Both the position numbers and the translations under genes were made by a program. A stretch of DNA of 64,000 nucleotides from Paraspadella gotoi (taxonomy: Eukaryota > Animalia > Chaetognatha): positions 1,256,537-1,320,536 of the forward strand of contig CM119269.1 in assembly GCA_051294375.1 (NCBI GenBank), read 5' to 3'. The notes beneath the pieces were generated by a model. The model did no database searches, was not told the origin of the DNA, and was given only the letters and a program-made list of their open reading frames with translations. Below, piece by piece: positions 27,080 to 40,662 of this stretch; within the stretch, counting starts at the first letter, position 1, and each line of letters opens with the position of its first letter.

Positions 27080-27916
27080 NNNNNNNNNNNNNNNNNNNNN
27101 NNNNNNNNNNNNNNNNNNNNNNNNNNNNNNNNNNNNNNNNNNNNNNNNNNNNNNNNNNNNNNNNNNNNNNNNNNNNNNNAGAGTGAAAGTGAAAAAATTG
27201 GGAAAAGCAGAAAAATGAGAGAGGTAAAAGTAAAAAAAAAAGAGAGAGTGGAAGAGTGAAAGAGAGAGTGGTAGAGTGAAAAAGAGAGTGGAAGAGTGAG
27301 AGAGAGAAATGAAGAGTGAGAGAGAGTTCAAACACGAGTGCGAATTGATTTTTGAAATTTTTTTCCCCAGAAGTGAATCAGTTGTTTCCGCCCGGACCCG
27401 TCGGGGGGAAAAGAGGGGAGAAAGAAAAAAAGNNNNNNNNNNNNNNNNNNNNNNNNNNNNNNNNNNNNNNNNNNNNNNNNNNNNNNNNNNNNNNNNNNNN
27501 NNNNNNNNNNNNNNNNNNNNNNNNNNNNNNNNNNNNNNNNNNNNNNNNNNNNNNNNNNNNNNNNNNNNNNNNNNNNNNNNNNNNNNNNNNNNNNNNNNNN
27601 NNGAGATAGGCAGTTTTTCTTAACCAAAATGAAAGAAATAAATTTTCGTTTATCCGATTTGCATAATTCGTGTTGTCTCGAACAAAGAGGACGACTACAA
27701 TGAAATTCAACAAAATCGGTAAAGTGTTAAAGTCCCACTTGAAATAAAAGAGAATTTGGATTGACTTCCCCAGTGATGAGCGTCAAAAGTCTCATAACTC
27801 GTGAGTCACTGCATTAGCCAAAATCATCTCTCAATTAGCGAGAGGAAGAGAAATTTGAAAATGTTTGCTTTATTTATATTTTAATAGTTGCAAAATTTCA
27901 AGAATGAAAGAAGGAG

Positions 27917-27971
<55 letters not shown>

Positions 27972-27975
27972 AAAA

Positions 27976-28011
<36 letters not shown>

Positions 28012-28980
28012 AAATTTAAAAAAAGATAAGCAAGCAATCGACAGAGAAAAGGAAATAGGAAAGAAATAAAACGACAGGAAACGAAAGGGAAAAAAAAGAC
28101 TGAATGAAAGAAGGAATGAAAAAGAGAAAAGAAAAAATAAAAGAAAGAATAAAAGAAAGAAAGAATAAAATAAAAGACAAGAAAAANNNNNNNNNNNNNN
28201 NNNNNNNNNNNNNNNNNNNNNNNNNNNNNNNNNNNNNNNNNNNNNNNNNNNNNNNNNNNNNNNNNNNNNNNNNNNNNNNNNNNNNNNNNNNNNNNNNNNN
28301 NNNNNNNNNNNNNNNNNNNNNNNNNNNNNNNNNNNNNNNNNNNNNNNNNNNNNNNNNNNNNNNNNNNNNNNNNNNNNNNNNNNNNNNNNNNNNNNNNNNN
28401 NNNNNNCAATCAGGAAATGACTCGCGCGTGCGAATTTAAAAAAAATGGGCAAAATTCGAACGATATTTCAATTCTAAACTCAATATATATTTATATATAT
28501 ATATTTATATATATATTTTTTTCTTAAACTATAAATTCGTGTTCGTCCTTTCGTCGCGATTCAATTGCCGTTCGTTTCCTCATCATTTCCTTCTGTCGTC
28601 TGAGATTTCCTCGACTTTTTGTCCACTTCCGTCATGACAAGAGATGAGCTTTAATCCTCTCTCTCTCTCTCTCTCTCNNNNNNNNNNNNNNNNNNNNNNN
28701 NNNNNNNNNNNNNNNNNNNNNNNNNNNNNNNNNNNNNNNNNNNNNNNNNNNNNNNNNNNNNNNNNNNNNNNNNNNNNNNNNNNNNNNNNNNNNNNNNNNN
28801 NNNNNNNNNNNNNNNNNNNNNNNNNNNNNNNNNNNNNNNNNNNTAAACCGCGAAAAAGTCTACATGTCAAGTTGAGATTTTTTCAACCCATGCAATCTAA
28901 TACAAAAATTGCACTAATTCTTAATCAATCAATAAATAAATCAATCAATCAATAAAAGCATCAATTAATAAATCCACCAG

Positions 28981-30048
28981 TCAATCACCTCTGACGAAGG
29001 CGGCCGGCATCGCGCTTCCTCCGGCGTTGTCGACCGCGGCGGCGGCGTCGGCGACGCAGCGCCACCGCGTCGCAGCCAAGAAGACAAGGATCGGCAGGAG
29101 GCGCGATAGAGAGAACAGAGAGAGAGTCGTCGTCGCCGGCCGCCCGGACAGAGACAGAGACAGAGACAGAGACGGAGAGGAAGAGAGTCTCGCCCAGCGA
29201 GGAGAGTGACGCCGATGGGCGTCGCCGGAAGTCGCGTTGGTGTCACTTGTTTTGCGTGTTTCGTCGTTTCGTGTTTCGCTTTTGTTTTTGTTTCTATTCA
29301 CGTTTATTCGATCGTCGTCTCTCGCTGGTCGGACGGCCTCTTCGACGGAGTCGAGGGCGGCGTCATCTGAGACCGGAAACGGCGCCGGCGTTAAGAAAGT
29401 GGCGCCGGATGGGGAAAGACTCGGGGCGAGAGAGGAAGATGAGGAGGAAGAGGAGGAAGAGGTGAGGAGGAGTGTGAAGGGCGTGAGTTGGGTGAGTGAC
29501 TGTGAGGAGTGAGAGAGGAAAGGGGAAGGAGACGAGGATTCGCTTTCCTCGATCGAGAAGCGAGGATCCCGACGACGACGACGACGACGACGACGACGAT
29601 GCGGCGTCGTCGTCGTCGTCGTCGTCGTCGATCGATCGTATCGCGACGCCGAGACGACGAAATCGGCGCCGTCGGTGGCGTCGCGCTCGCCGGTGGGGCA
29701 CGCGGCGTCGCGGGGGGCGGCTTGAGGGGCGAAAGGCAGAGGGCGTGTACAAGCTTTGGCAGAGGCGCAGGCAGACATGGCGCATTCGCGGAGGGAAAAG
29801 CTTGGCGCGTTAAAAAAATCACCAAGCTTTTCAAGGGTGTCGAGGCTGAGGGATCGAGAGTGTCGACGAAGATGTTGACAAGAGGTGTGTCGCGAATTGG
29901 AGGCGCGGAAGTCACTCTCGTCGACGATCTCCGATTATCGATTGAGGAAATCTGATCATGAATTAGTTATAGCAGTTATTTATTGTTGTTGTTGCTGTTG
30001 TTTACTGGTGATTGGCGCTGGGAAAGTGGGTGATTAACGGGAATCCGT
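28981..30048 (-). CDS. Candidate large low-complexity coding exon plus small upstream exon; product unknown
   Basis: This is a GC-rich island with long open frames (e.g. ..QHLRRHSRSLSLDTLEKLGDFF..). An acceptor with a CTAAT branch-like motif lies near 29953, and a small CAG..GTAAA-bounded exon near 30006-30048. Several frames on both strands are open because of GAC/GTC repeats, so the true frame is unresolved. Confidence 0.3.
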
Positions 30049-30894
30049 CTGTGAGGTAGAAATGATGCGCAGAGTCTTCACATTTTGGTTTTATTTTTTT
30101 TTTTTTCGCACAAAGTGATTCCTGGTTGGTGATCAAAACTTGTGGCTCAATCGTGGAGTGATTTTGTTTTTTTATTGGAAGGAGAGACAGAGAGAAACGC
30201 TCTCAGGGAGACGGAAGGAGAGGGAGAGAGAGAGCGAGACGAAATCACGAGTTGATTGTTGATTTTCGGTTTTTGAGTGAGTTTTTTTTTTTAAAGGAGA
30301 GTTGAACTGTTTTTTTTTTATTTTTTTTTTAAATTTAAAATAAAACTACTGTTTTTATTGATCTTCATTAAATTTTTTGTTTCATTTTCTTCTTAGTCGA
30401 AGTTTGGATTTCTCAGAAAACCAAATTAAAGAATGGATCGATCTTGTTTTTTTTTTAACTAAAAACAAAATGGAAAAACATTAATTCAACAATAATTGCT
30501 TATTTGTTTTTGTTTCTTTGAATTTTGACGGAAAGTCACTGTAAGGAAAAATGATTTTTCTCCTTAAAAAATATATATTTTTTTAAAGATGGAGAAAGAG
30601 AGAGATTCGAAAACTCGGAAAAATCTCACTAATGAGAAGAGTCCAACTTTCACTGACCAGAGAGAAATGAAAAAGAGGAGGAGGAAGAGGAGGAGGAAGA
30701 GGAGGANNNNNNNNNNNNNNNNNNNNNNNNNTGAAGAGGGAGAATAGATTTTGGTGAGGAGGAAGAACGAAGGAGGAAGAAGCGGAGGGAGGAGGAAGAG
30801 GGAGAAAGAAGAGATTTTTTTTAGAAAGCAAAAAACACGAAGAGGGAAAGGGAAGCGAAATGAATATGGGAAAGAGGGTTTGGGGACAGAAGGT

Positions 30895-30928
<34 letters not shown>

Positions 30929-30945
30929 GAGAGAGAGATGAGTAC

Positions 30946-30981
<36 letters not shown>

Positions 30982-31147
30982 AGAGAGAGTGAGAAAGAGA
31001 GAGAGAAAGAATGTAGTTCTACATTTTTCTGCTTGTTAAAAGCTTTGTTACTTTCATCATTTGTTTCGTTTTCATTTCGTTCCGGCTTCGACCATGCCAA
31101 AAGTCAGGTCAGTTATTTTTTTTTTTTTATCTTTCTCTCTTTCTTCT

Positions 31148-31183
<36 letters not shown>

Positions 31184-31701
31184 ATTTTCTTTTCTTTCTT
31201 TGCTTTCTTTTCTTTTCTTTGCCTATGCTGCTCGACGGATTGTTCTCGCTCCTCGTTTCGTTCGCTCCTCGTAAAGTAAATTTTCTCGGCCGTCGAACAA
31301 ATATGTCTTTTTAAGTTTTATGACCGGAGAAGACTTTTTTGGAAAAGTTTTTAAGCGGATAAAATGGAGTAGCAAGAGAGAGAGAAATAGAGATGGAGAG
31401 AAGAGAGATGGAATGAGAGAGATGAGAGGAGAGAGAGGAGAGAAGAGAGAGGAGAGAGAGAGAAGAGAAGAGGATGAGCAAGTAATGTTAGATTGAGAGA
31501 GAGAGAGAGAGCAAGTAATTTAATGTCAACTAAGCAGAAATAAGACAAATGCAGTTGAAGAGATAATTTAGACCTAAAAAAGACTTTAGAAAAAAAGACG
31601 ATTGGATGAGATTGAAAAAGAAAAAAGGAAAAAAATTCTCACGAAGAAAAGAAAATATAAAAAGAAAAAGACGCGACGATTTTGTCGAAAAGAAAGAAAA
31701 A

Positions 31702-31749
<48 letters not shown>

Positions 31750-31924
31750 AAAAAAGAAAAAAAGAAAAAAAGAAAAAAAGAAAGAAAGAAAGAAAGAAAA
31801 AGAAAGAAAAGGACTAACGGGTTTACGAAATTCTGTCTCGCGTCCGCCGATGCTAAAATCGTGGGTAAGTGCGAAGGTAAGGACGAATCCCGAAAAGGAC
31901 GATGATCTGAACAATGAGTGGACC

Positions 31925-32230
31925 GACAAAAAATGACAAAAGCTCTGGATGACAAAGAGAGAGGAGACATAAAATGGCAAAAGCTCTGGATGACAAAGAG
32001 AGAGGAGACAAAAAATGACAAAAGCTAAGGATGACAAAGAGAGAGGAGACAAAAAATGACAAAAGCTAAAGAATGACAAAGAGAGAGGAGACAACTTTGG
32101 AAATGACAGCCATTTCAAATATCTGTTTATGACCGCATCTTAACAATTAGTGTACCGACAAAAAATTACAAATGCTCAGGATGACAAAGAGAGGGGAGAC
32201 AATTTTGGAAATGACAGCCATTTCAAATAT
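31925..32230. repeat. ~41-bp tandem repeat
   Basis: acaaaaaatgacaaaagctctggatgacaaagagagaggag, about 5 copies. Confidence 0.85.
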
Positions 32231-32509
32231 CCGTTTAAACCAAAAAATCATTACGTAGAAACAATAAACCAAAACTTATCCAACGATAACTAGTATTTAA
32301 GTAGTCGGTCTCCTAGCAAAATTCTAGATGAGACAATTGGACAGTTTCCACAACAAGACTTTCTTTCTTCTGCCTTTTCATTTCTACTCATGACTTTTCG
32401 TTGCTTCGATAAAGATTGCTTCGAGGACGGAGATTGCCCCCAAGGCCAGGGCAACGTTTCTTGCCGACGGCCAAACCATCTGTCCATTTTTTGAGTTGCG
32501 CGTGCCAAG

Positions 32510-32630
32510 AGAGAGCCGAGAAAAGGGAGCCGGAAAGTCGGGAGTCGAGAGCCGAGAACAGAGAGAGCAGGAAAAAAGAGTACCGGAAAGTCGGGAGTCG
32601 AGAGCCGAGAACAGAGAGAGCCGAGAAACA
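32510..32630. repeat. ~53-bp tandem repeat
   Basis: ccggaaagtcgggagtcgagagccgagaacagagagagc occurs twice, plus partial units. Confidence 0.8.
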
Positions 32631-32728
32631 AAATTCAAGGAATCGACTTAATGATGGACTCCCTAACAATAAATATCATTGTTCATAGGAAAAGAGGACC
32701 AATTTTCAATAAGATAGAATACCAGATA

Positions 32729-32803
<75 letters not shown>

Positions 32804-33280
32804 TTGAAAACTTCGGAGAAGAAATGGAAAAAACCCCTCGATACAGAAAAAAATTGAAATGTCGAGTCGATTTGGAAACGGAAGGCTCCATCCGGAATTT
32901 TTTGACAGTTTTCATCTCGTTCGGCGGAAAATGGTAACGAGACGATTTCAAGAGAAAATCGTTACATCGAGAGGAACAACGGGGAACCGTGTTTTGAAGG
33001 GAGACTCGGCATCATGAGAAAAGAGAGGAGGTCAGACTTTTCTTCTTTTGGTCAACAGTCATGCAATCCTCGATGATGAGACGGAGACAAGTCGAAAGGA
33101 AGGACGCGCTGGCGAGGAAAGGAAGAGGGGGAGAGAAAGAGGGGGGAGGGGGAGTAGGAGAGAGTTATAAAGAGAGGGAGGGATAATCATGTCGGGGCTT
33201 GTCAGAAGTATCGGGATAACGATGGGTGAAGAAAACTAAAAAACCGAAAGATATATATAATAGAGAGAGAGAAAGTGTTT

Positions 33281-33412
33281 TGAAATTGGTACGACCATTA
33301 TAAAAATTATTCATTCATTTAATATATAAGCTATCTTGCCCCTGACTTTGGACAGGCTTTGTTGGTTTGAGGCCTCCGTCACTTCTACAAGATAATGACA
33401 TAGCAGGTCAAG
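33281..33412 (+). repeat. Short interspersed repeat family (copy 2)
   Basis: Near-identical to 9787-9902 through ..taatgacatagcaggtcaag. Confidence 0.8.
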
Positions 33413-33892
33413 ACTTGTTACAGATTACTGCATAATATAGTAGAAAAGAGTAGATTATAAATAAAATCTAAAGAAGAAGTAAAAGTACTAATCGTTGACG
33501 GTGATTTCCATCAAAACCGAAATTATCCTCGTTTACGTTTTCATCCTCACATTTCGAGAATTTTTAGTGAAAAACAAAACAACGAAATGAAAACATCACA
33601 ATTTTGTTTTTTCGTTTCGATCTCACAAATTTTTTTTATTCACTGAAATATAACCCATTCCGGGATTTTTTTCGAAGGAGAGAGAGATGAGAGAGATGAG
33701 AGAGAGATGAGATAGAAGGAGCCAGAGAGAGAGAGAGTCATTGACTACCCCGGGAGGGGATGGAATGGGGAGAATGAGATGAGAGGAAAAGTGATGTGTC
33801 GATGGTGATCAATGTCTTTCAACCGGGAGAATCGACACAGACTATGCGAACTGACACAAAAAATAAGACTCTCTCGATTCTGTCAATCTCTT

Positions 33893-33924
<32 letters not shown>

Positions 33925-33929
33925 TCTCT

Positions 33930-33962
<33 letters not shown>

Positions 33963-34109
33963 TTCTTCTCTCTCTCTCTCTTTCTCTCTTCTCTCTTCGC
34001 CATGGTTTTCATTATCTGTGTTTTCACACACAGGTTCTACCCTCTTACTTGTTTTCAATTTTTTTTCGAATGAAATCTGTTTCTTTTATTTTCTCGAACT
34101 TCCGGCGAT

Positions 34110-34566
34110 TTTTTTTTGATTTCTTCCTTCCTTCTTTTTCTGTAATTTTTATTTCCTTTTCCTCTTCTTTTTTTCCTCTTTTCTTTCTTCTTCTTTCTTT
34201 TCTTTCTTTCTTCTTTCTTTCTCTTTTTCCCCTCCTTTCTTTTCATTCTTGAAATTTTGTTGCAACTATTTTAAATATAATAAAGGCAAACATTTTCAAA
34301 TTTCTCGTTCTCTCCGCTAATGAGAGATTGATTTTTGAATGCAGTGGAACTCACGGAGTTATGAAGACTTTGACCGCTCATACCTGGGGAAAGTTTCAAT
34401 CCAATCCTCTTTATTTTTTAAGTGGGACTTAACACCTTACCGATTTGTTGAATTTCATTGTAGTCCGTCCTCTTTGTTTTTCGAGACAAACACGGAGAGT
34501 TATGCAAATCGGATAAAACGAAAATTTTATTTCTTTCTTTTGTGTTAAGAAAACTGCCTATCTCTC

Positions 34567-34624
<58 letters not shown>

Positions 34625-37379
34625 TCTCTCTCTCTCTCTCCTCTCTCCTCCTCTCTCTCTCTCCTTTTCTTTACTCTTTTTTCTTCTCCCCTCTTTTCCC
34701 CCCGACGGGTCCGGCGGAATAAATGATTTCACTTCGGGGTGAAAAAATAAAATTTTCAAAAATCGAATTCTTCACTCCGTGTTTGAACTCTTCTCACTCT
34801 TCCATTTCTCTCTCTCTCACTCTTCTCATCTCTCTTCACTCTACCACTTCTCTCTCACTCTTCCACTCTCTCTTTTTACTTACCTCTTCTCATTTTTCGC
34901 TTTTCCCAATTTGTTATTCACTCCACTCTCTCCCACTTCTCTCTTCTCTCTCTCTCTGCTCTCTCTCTCTCTCGTCCCCCTTGCCCCCAAAAAAAAAATA
35001 TCTTTTCCATCATTACCTCTGTCTTCAAAAGGAAATACAGTCATTTTTCTTTACGTCTCAAGACCCCGTTCCTTGGTTCCGAAAAATATCGAGAAACCAT
35101 TTTTTAATTCCTCAAGATTTCCGGCTTTCGTTGTCCCCCCTCCCTCCCCCTCCTCATCTATTCCCACCAATTTCCTCCACGGAAGCTAATTTCCCCATTC
35201 ACCACAAAATTGATCACTCTCCAACCCCACTCCACTCCATCCCCACTCCACCCACCCACTCCCCACTCCACGGACGCACTCATTCAACCCCACATCCATC
35301 TCGCACCCCACACCTCACTCACACCCACTTCACTTCCACCCCACTCCCACTCACGGACCATTCTCAACCCAGTACCACTTCCACCCCACTGCCACCCCAC
35401 CCCACTCACCACTCCAGGACCACTCGCAACCCCACTTCCACTCCACCCCATCCACCCCACTCCACCCCCACTCCCCACTCCACTCCCACTCGCAACCCCA
35501 CTCCACTCCACTCCCACTCCACTTTCACCCACCCCACTCCCCACTCCACGGACCACTCTCACCGTTCCACCCCACCCCACTTCACCCCACCCCACTCACC
35601 ACTCCACGGACCATCTCAACCCCACTCCACTCCACCCCTCCACCCCACCCCACTCCACTCCACGGACCACCTCGCAACCCCACTCCCCACGTCTCTTAAT
35701 CACTATTCCTTGCTTTTCCGATTGTCTCACACGGGGATCGCAAAGGCCACCCACGGCGTAACAACCTTGACCATCGCGTCGGGCCGGCGCTAACCACCTT
35801 CCATCTTCTTTACCCAAGAGGCCACCCTAAATTTCGAGCAGATTTATGATTGGTTGCTCGATATTTTTCTCTGACTTCCCTCACCGGGAAAAACCGTCGA
35901 GTTAAGGGAGAGAAAGAGAAAGAAGAAGAGAGAGAGAGAGATGAGAGAGAGAGAGAAGACGAGAGATGTGAAGGAGAGAGAGAGAGATGAGACGATTAGA
36001 GAGAATTTCGTACCCCGAAGGAAAAGGGGGGACAAAAGATCTTGACTACTTCGTACACAAGAGAGGGAGATAAAAAAATACTTTTTCCGACCCTGATATT
36101 TAAGTCAGGATTCTCTCTCGTAGAATAAACTATTCTCCAAAGAGTTTTTTTTTTTTGTTTTTGAGTTAATGTTTTTTGATATAGATTTTTTTTGTTTTGT
36201 TTTATTTTGCCCCCAAGCACCGCTGGAAACAAAGAAAGTAGCCGCAAACTTTCGACGGTGGTATTTTTATGTACACCTACTATTCGTCTCTTCTCTCTCT
36301 CTCTCTCTGCTCTCTCTTCTCTCTCTTTGAACATTGAATACTGAGGCTGTGAGGAGTTCCGGGCTTCCATTCTCTTTTTTTTTTTCTTTTTCTTTCGATA
36401 AAAAAAAAAGAATGTTTAAACGAAAAAATAAAGATGAGAGGAAGTAAGCGAGAGACAAAAATTCTTTTCTTTCATTTGTGGGAAAAAAGAGAGAGAGAGA
36501 AGAGAGGAGGAGAAGAATGAGGTGGAGCGAGGAGGAGAGAGAGAGAGAATGGAAGGAGAGAGAGGAGAGAGACAGAGAGAGAGAGAGAGTCTCTGCGCCG
36601 TTTAAATATCATTGATTGAGCACTATTTCTTTTTACCAAATTCTGGAAATTTTTCCTAGTATAAATTAATAATTAAGAGGGAACAAAAAGCTTAACCCAA
36701 AGCGGTTGTGTTTAGATAAAAATAAAAAGAAAATGGCAAGATACAAACGCTGAATTCTTTAAATGAACAATTTGAGGCTTAGGTTTGTATTAATCCGCCA
36801 ATTAAAAAAGTACAGATGTTAGTTGAAAATTGAGAAGAAGAAACGAGTGAATTTAACAAGAGTGGAAGTTTAAAGGAAACGGAGCCCTGGATCTGGACTT
36901 AGAGTGAGAGACGGCAAGAAGTGAATGCGAAAGTGTAGGACGAGACCCAGACTTAGTCCTTCTGCCTGACGCGATGTCCCCGATTTCCGAATGCTCATTT
37001 TTTCTTTTCACCCCAAAAAAAATTGTTGAAATCAAAGTTTCTCCTACGTTCCAAACCCACGGGCCCGGATGGGAAAAGTGGCCTCAACTAAACTACCCTA
37101 CGCCTATACTATTCTTTCTTTCTATCTCTTTTACTATTCCCTTCCTTTCTTCTTTCTTTCTTTATCTTTTTCTTATCTTTATAATTTATGTTATTTTATT
37201 TATTTATTTATTTAAATTATTTATTTATTTATTTCATTTATTTTATTTGCGTCAAAGATAGAAAGCACACCACTCCTTCAAATGTACTATATTGATCTTT
37301 TCCAGCTGATAATTAGCCCATTCTTAGATCTATGTAATAACACGCCTAGCTTTTCCCCTTCTCCTCTCTCTCTCGTTCT

Positions 37380-37414
<35 letters not shown>

Positions 37415-37985
37415 CTTCCTTCTCTCTCTCTCTTCTCTTCTCTCCTCTCTATTGAAACTCCATCTCCTGTGAACATCCTTCACCAAAGTTTGAGTTTCGA
37501 GAGACTCGAGAGAAGAAAATAAGATTTCCCCCAAAAGAAGGATAAAAATGTCGAATTTGTTTTGATTCTGGGGAGGAAAGTAAATTCTTCGTTGCAGATA
37601 TTCGCTATCTACTTTAACCTCCCCACGCCGCGCTCATGAATAATTAATGATAATTAAATTGTTTATAATGTTGAGGAATAAACATACGGACTCGGCCAAT
37701 TTTTTTTTTTTCTCTTTTTTGTTTTTTTTATTGTATTTTTATTTGTTCTTTCTTGTTTTCGAATCTTCTTCTGCGCGAGTGCGAATCTAAATAATCCGTA
37801 ATCCCATCATTTCATCATCATCTTTATCTGATCAATCATCATCAATCATTCATCATCATGCATACATCATCTATCATTATCATTCATCAATCATCTAATC
37901 ATCATCATCACCGCAATCTTCATCGTCGTCGTCTTAATCCCAATTCGCGAGACCGCGCAAGCACTAGGAAGTTACCTTTTTTTTT
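34110..37985 (-). repeat. Inverted, error-rich duplicate of 25815-28186
   Basis: 36570-37985 is the reverse complement of 25815-27079, and 34110-34930 of 27180-28186. The 34930-36570 stretch sits where the first copy has a 100-N gap. Confidence 0.85.
35210..35695. repeat. Degenerate C-rich (CCACT/CCACC)n minisatellite
   Basis: Recurrent ccactccacggaccactcgcaacccc units embedded in CCACT repeats. Confidence 0.8.
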
Positions 37986-39457
37986 AAGTCGGATCTGCTT
38001 ATCAGCAGATCCCTGGACTCTATAACTCACTTTTTTGTATTAACTCACTTTTTCGGTCACCGTCCCGGTCCGTCCCCCTCAAATTGTCACGGTGCACACA
38101 CTTGTATATCATGTTCAGAAACCATCGAATTATGATTAAATTAATGCAAAAAAAATGCATGTCCGTCCGTCCGTTCTGTCCGTCCGTCCGTCCGTCCTTC
38201 CGTCCGTCCCACCTTTAGCAAAAAACCACCAATTACTCTGTGATTGGATGGATGGGATTTAAATGAAATTTTGTGTGTGATAGGTAAGTGTGTGATTGAG
38301 CTGGATATTAAGTTCGATGAATCGTCCGAGTGGAAATGAGTTTAATATTGGAAAAAACAAAAAAAATATATTCACTATTTGATACACCAATTGGTGTCTA
38401 GAGGTGGATGGGCTGATAGACCTGGAATCTTTGTATTAGGTGGTAGGAAATGTGTGTGCATTGAAACATGAAATCAAGTTTCGGATGGAATAAGTGCTGA
38501 GTGAAATGAGTTTAAATGGAAAAAAACAAAAACCTGTTTTTACTAACTTCGATTATGCTTCTTTTCCTTCTTATTATTAAATGTTATACTGCAGGATGTG
38601 TATTAAATGGAAAAAAATCAAATTAATTAATCAGCTTAATTAATTCAATTTAGTAAAAATAATTAATCAATAATTAATTAATTAGTCAATCAATCCGTCC
38701 ATCCGTCCCATCTTAGCAAAAAGGCTCAATAAAACTTCGTTGATTGGCTGGTGGATTTGGAATTTAAATTTTTGCTGTGTGCGGTAGGATAAGTGTTGTG
38801 ATATAAAGCTGGCATATAAAATTTCTCGATGGATCGTGTGAGTGGGAAATTAGTTTTAAAATGGAAAAAATATAAGTCGAATTTACTAAAATCTTTTTTT
38901 AACTTTTATTTTAACCAAAATAAACTTACTCCACATTAATCCATAATTGGTATGCGCATAGATTTGAGTTTGAAATTTTGTGTGTGGGTTAGGAAAAACG
39001 TATGACGAAGCTTGATATAAAGTTATCAGTTTGGAACGCTTACCAGTTGGAAATGAGTTTTAAAATGAAAAAAATTATGAGTCACATTTACTTGGAATCT
39101 TTTTATTTATTTTAACCCTATGCATAGATTGATATAAAATTTTTGTGAGCCAGTAGGAAAGTGGAGTGAAGAAGCTTAGGATATAAAAGTTTTGACGGTA
39201 ATGCAAGTTTGGAAAAGAATTATGCAAGGAAATAATGATTGCGCAAGTAAAAAAATCTAAGCATTTAAGGATGTCGCTATGCATTAAAAGAGGAGAGAAG
39301 AGGCAGAGAAGAAAGAGAGAGTGATGAGAGCAGAAAAGAGAGGAAGAGGTGATAGGAGAGAGAGGAGAAAGAAGGGAGACATAAAATAAAAGAAATCTTT
39401 AAAAGACCTTCAAGTCGGGAGCCAGAGCCCACTATTCATTAAAATTAATGAAAAAAN
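37986..39457 (+). mobile_element. Second, indel-rich copy of the HINE-like element plus downstream sequence (matches 47684-49030)
   Basis: It is collinear with 47684-49030, carries many 1-2 nt insertions and ends at an N-gap. Confidence 0.6.
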
Positions 39458-39974
39458 NNNNNNNNNNNNNNNNNNNNNNNNAGAGAGAGAGAGAGAGAGA
39501 GAGAGAGCGAAAAGACTAAAATAATTTTAAAAGCCGTAAAAAACAGAATGTGGTTTATGTTGAGAAAAGGGTTTTTGTTTTCCTTGTTTCTGGTCATTTG
39601 TTCGTCGATAAAAATTTATAAATCGAATGAATAAATCCCAAAGTGGGTCGACGCAAAAATTGATAATTTTTTTTTCAATGTTTGTTTTTAAATATTTAAC
39701 CACTTTTTTTTATATTACATTGAGGAATTTTTGCGAAGGCTGAAATTCGTCTCCTGGATCAAGAAAATATCTTTTTTTTTCGTTTTTTTTATCATCCCCT
39801 TTTCCCGTTTCTTCTTTCTATCTTTCATTCTTTAAGCCCCTTCCTCATCCTTTTGCTCTCCCTCCTCTTCCTCCTCCTCCCGAATCGTTCCTCCTCCTCC
39901 TCCTCTTCCTTTGACTTTGGAGTAAAAGTACCACTTTACTCGAAGCATAACACGTCCAACGTTAATAAGTAGCT

Positions 39975-40150
39975 AAAGCCAATACGACGCGGAGATTCAA
40001 CATCAACAGCAAATCAGCGACCAAAAACACGCGCAATGCAGCCAATCAACGAGCTACCGTTCTGCTAGAAGGGCGAATCACCTTTGAGCGGAAGGACAAC
40101 TTCCGACCAATAAGAGTGAAGCTTTTCGGCAACGAGAACCAATAAGGAGG
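39975..40150. promoter_or_regulatory. CCAAT-box cluster with ETS-like sites (promoter-like)
   Basis: Four same-orientation CCAAT motifs (near 39979, 40042, 40107, 40139) with CGGAAG and ACTTCCG between them. No gene is assigned. Confidence 0.4.
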
Positions 40151-40620
40151 GGACGTAGCGATTCCCAGACACCGAGTTTTACCAAAATCGGGGTGGAGGG
40201 GGGAAAAGAAGAGAGAGGGGCGATATGATGACTTTGACTGTTATAACAATATATTGTTGAAATAGTTTATACTTTACTAATCAAAAAATTAGAAAGAGTA
40301 AAACTAAACCCTTCAATCAATATTATTTCAAGCAAGAATCGTTGTTGTTAATGAAGACCGTTCCTCTTTTGTTTTAAACATCTTTAAATGTGGCGAATAC
40401 AAACACGATGACTGGTTCTGTAGTTTAAAGTCCTAATTTATAAAACAGTCGTTGGCGATTGTTGAATCAAATTAGAAATGAAATTAAATGTTTGAATAGT
40501 TTTCATTGTGACTTCCACAAGAAATTAAGCCAACTCTAAATTCTATTTTTTGAGAAATCGAGGTCTGACCTAAAATTGTAGCATGTTTCTCTCCGTCAGA
40601 GGAAAAAGCTGATCGGGAGG

Positions 40621-40662
<42 letters not shown>

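Noticed and set aside
34723-35793. 356-aa His/Pro/Thr-rich ORF
   Set aside because: It reads through a C-rich minisatellite and CT repeats inside the error-rich duplicate, and shows no domain.
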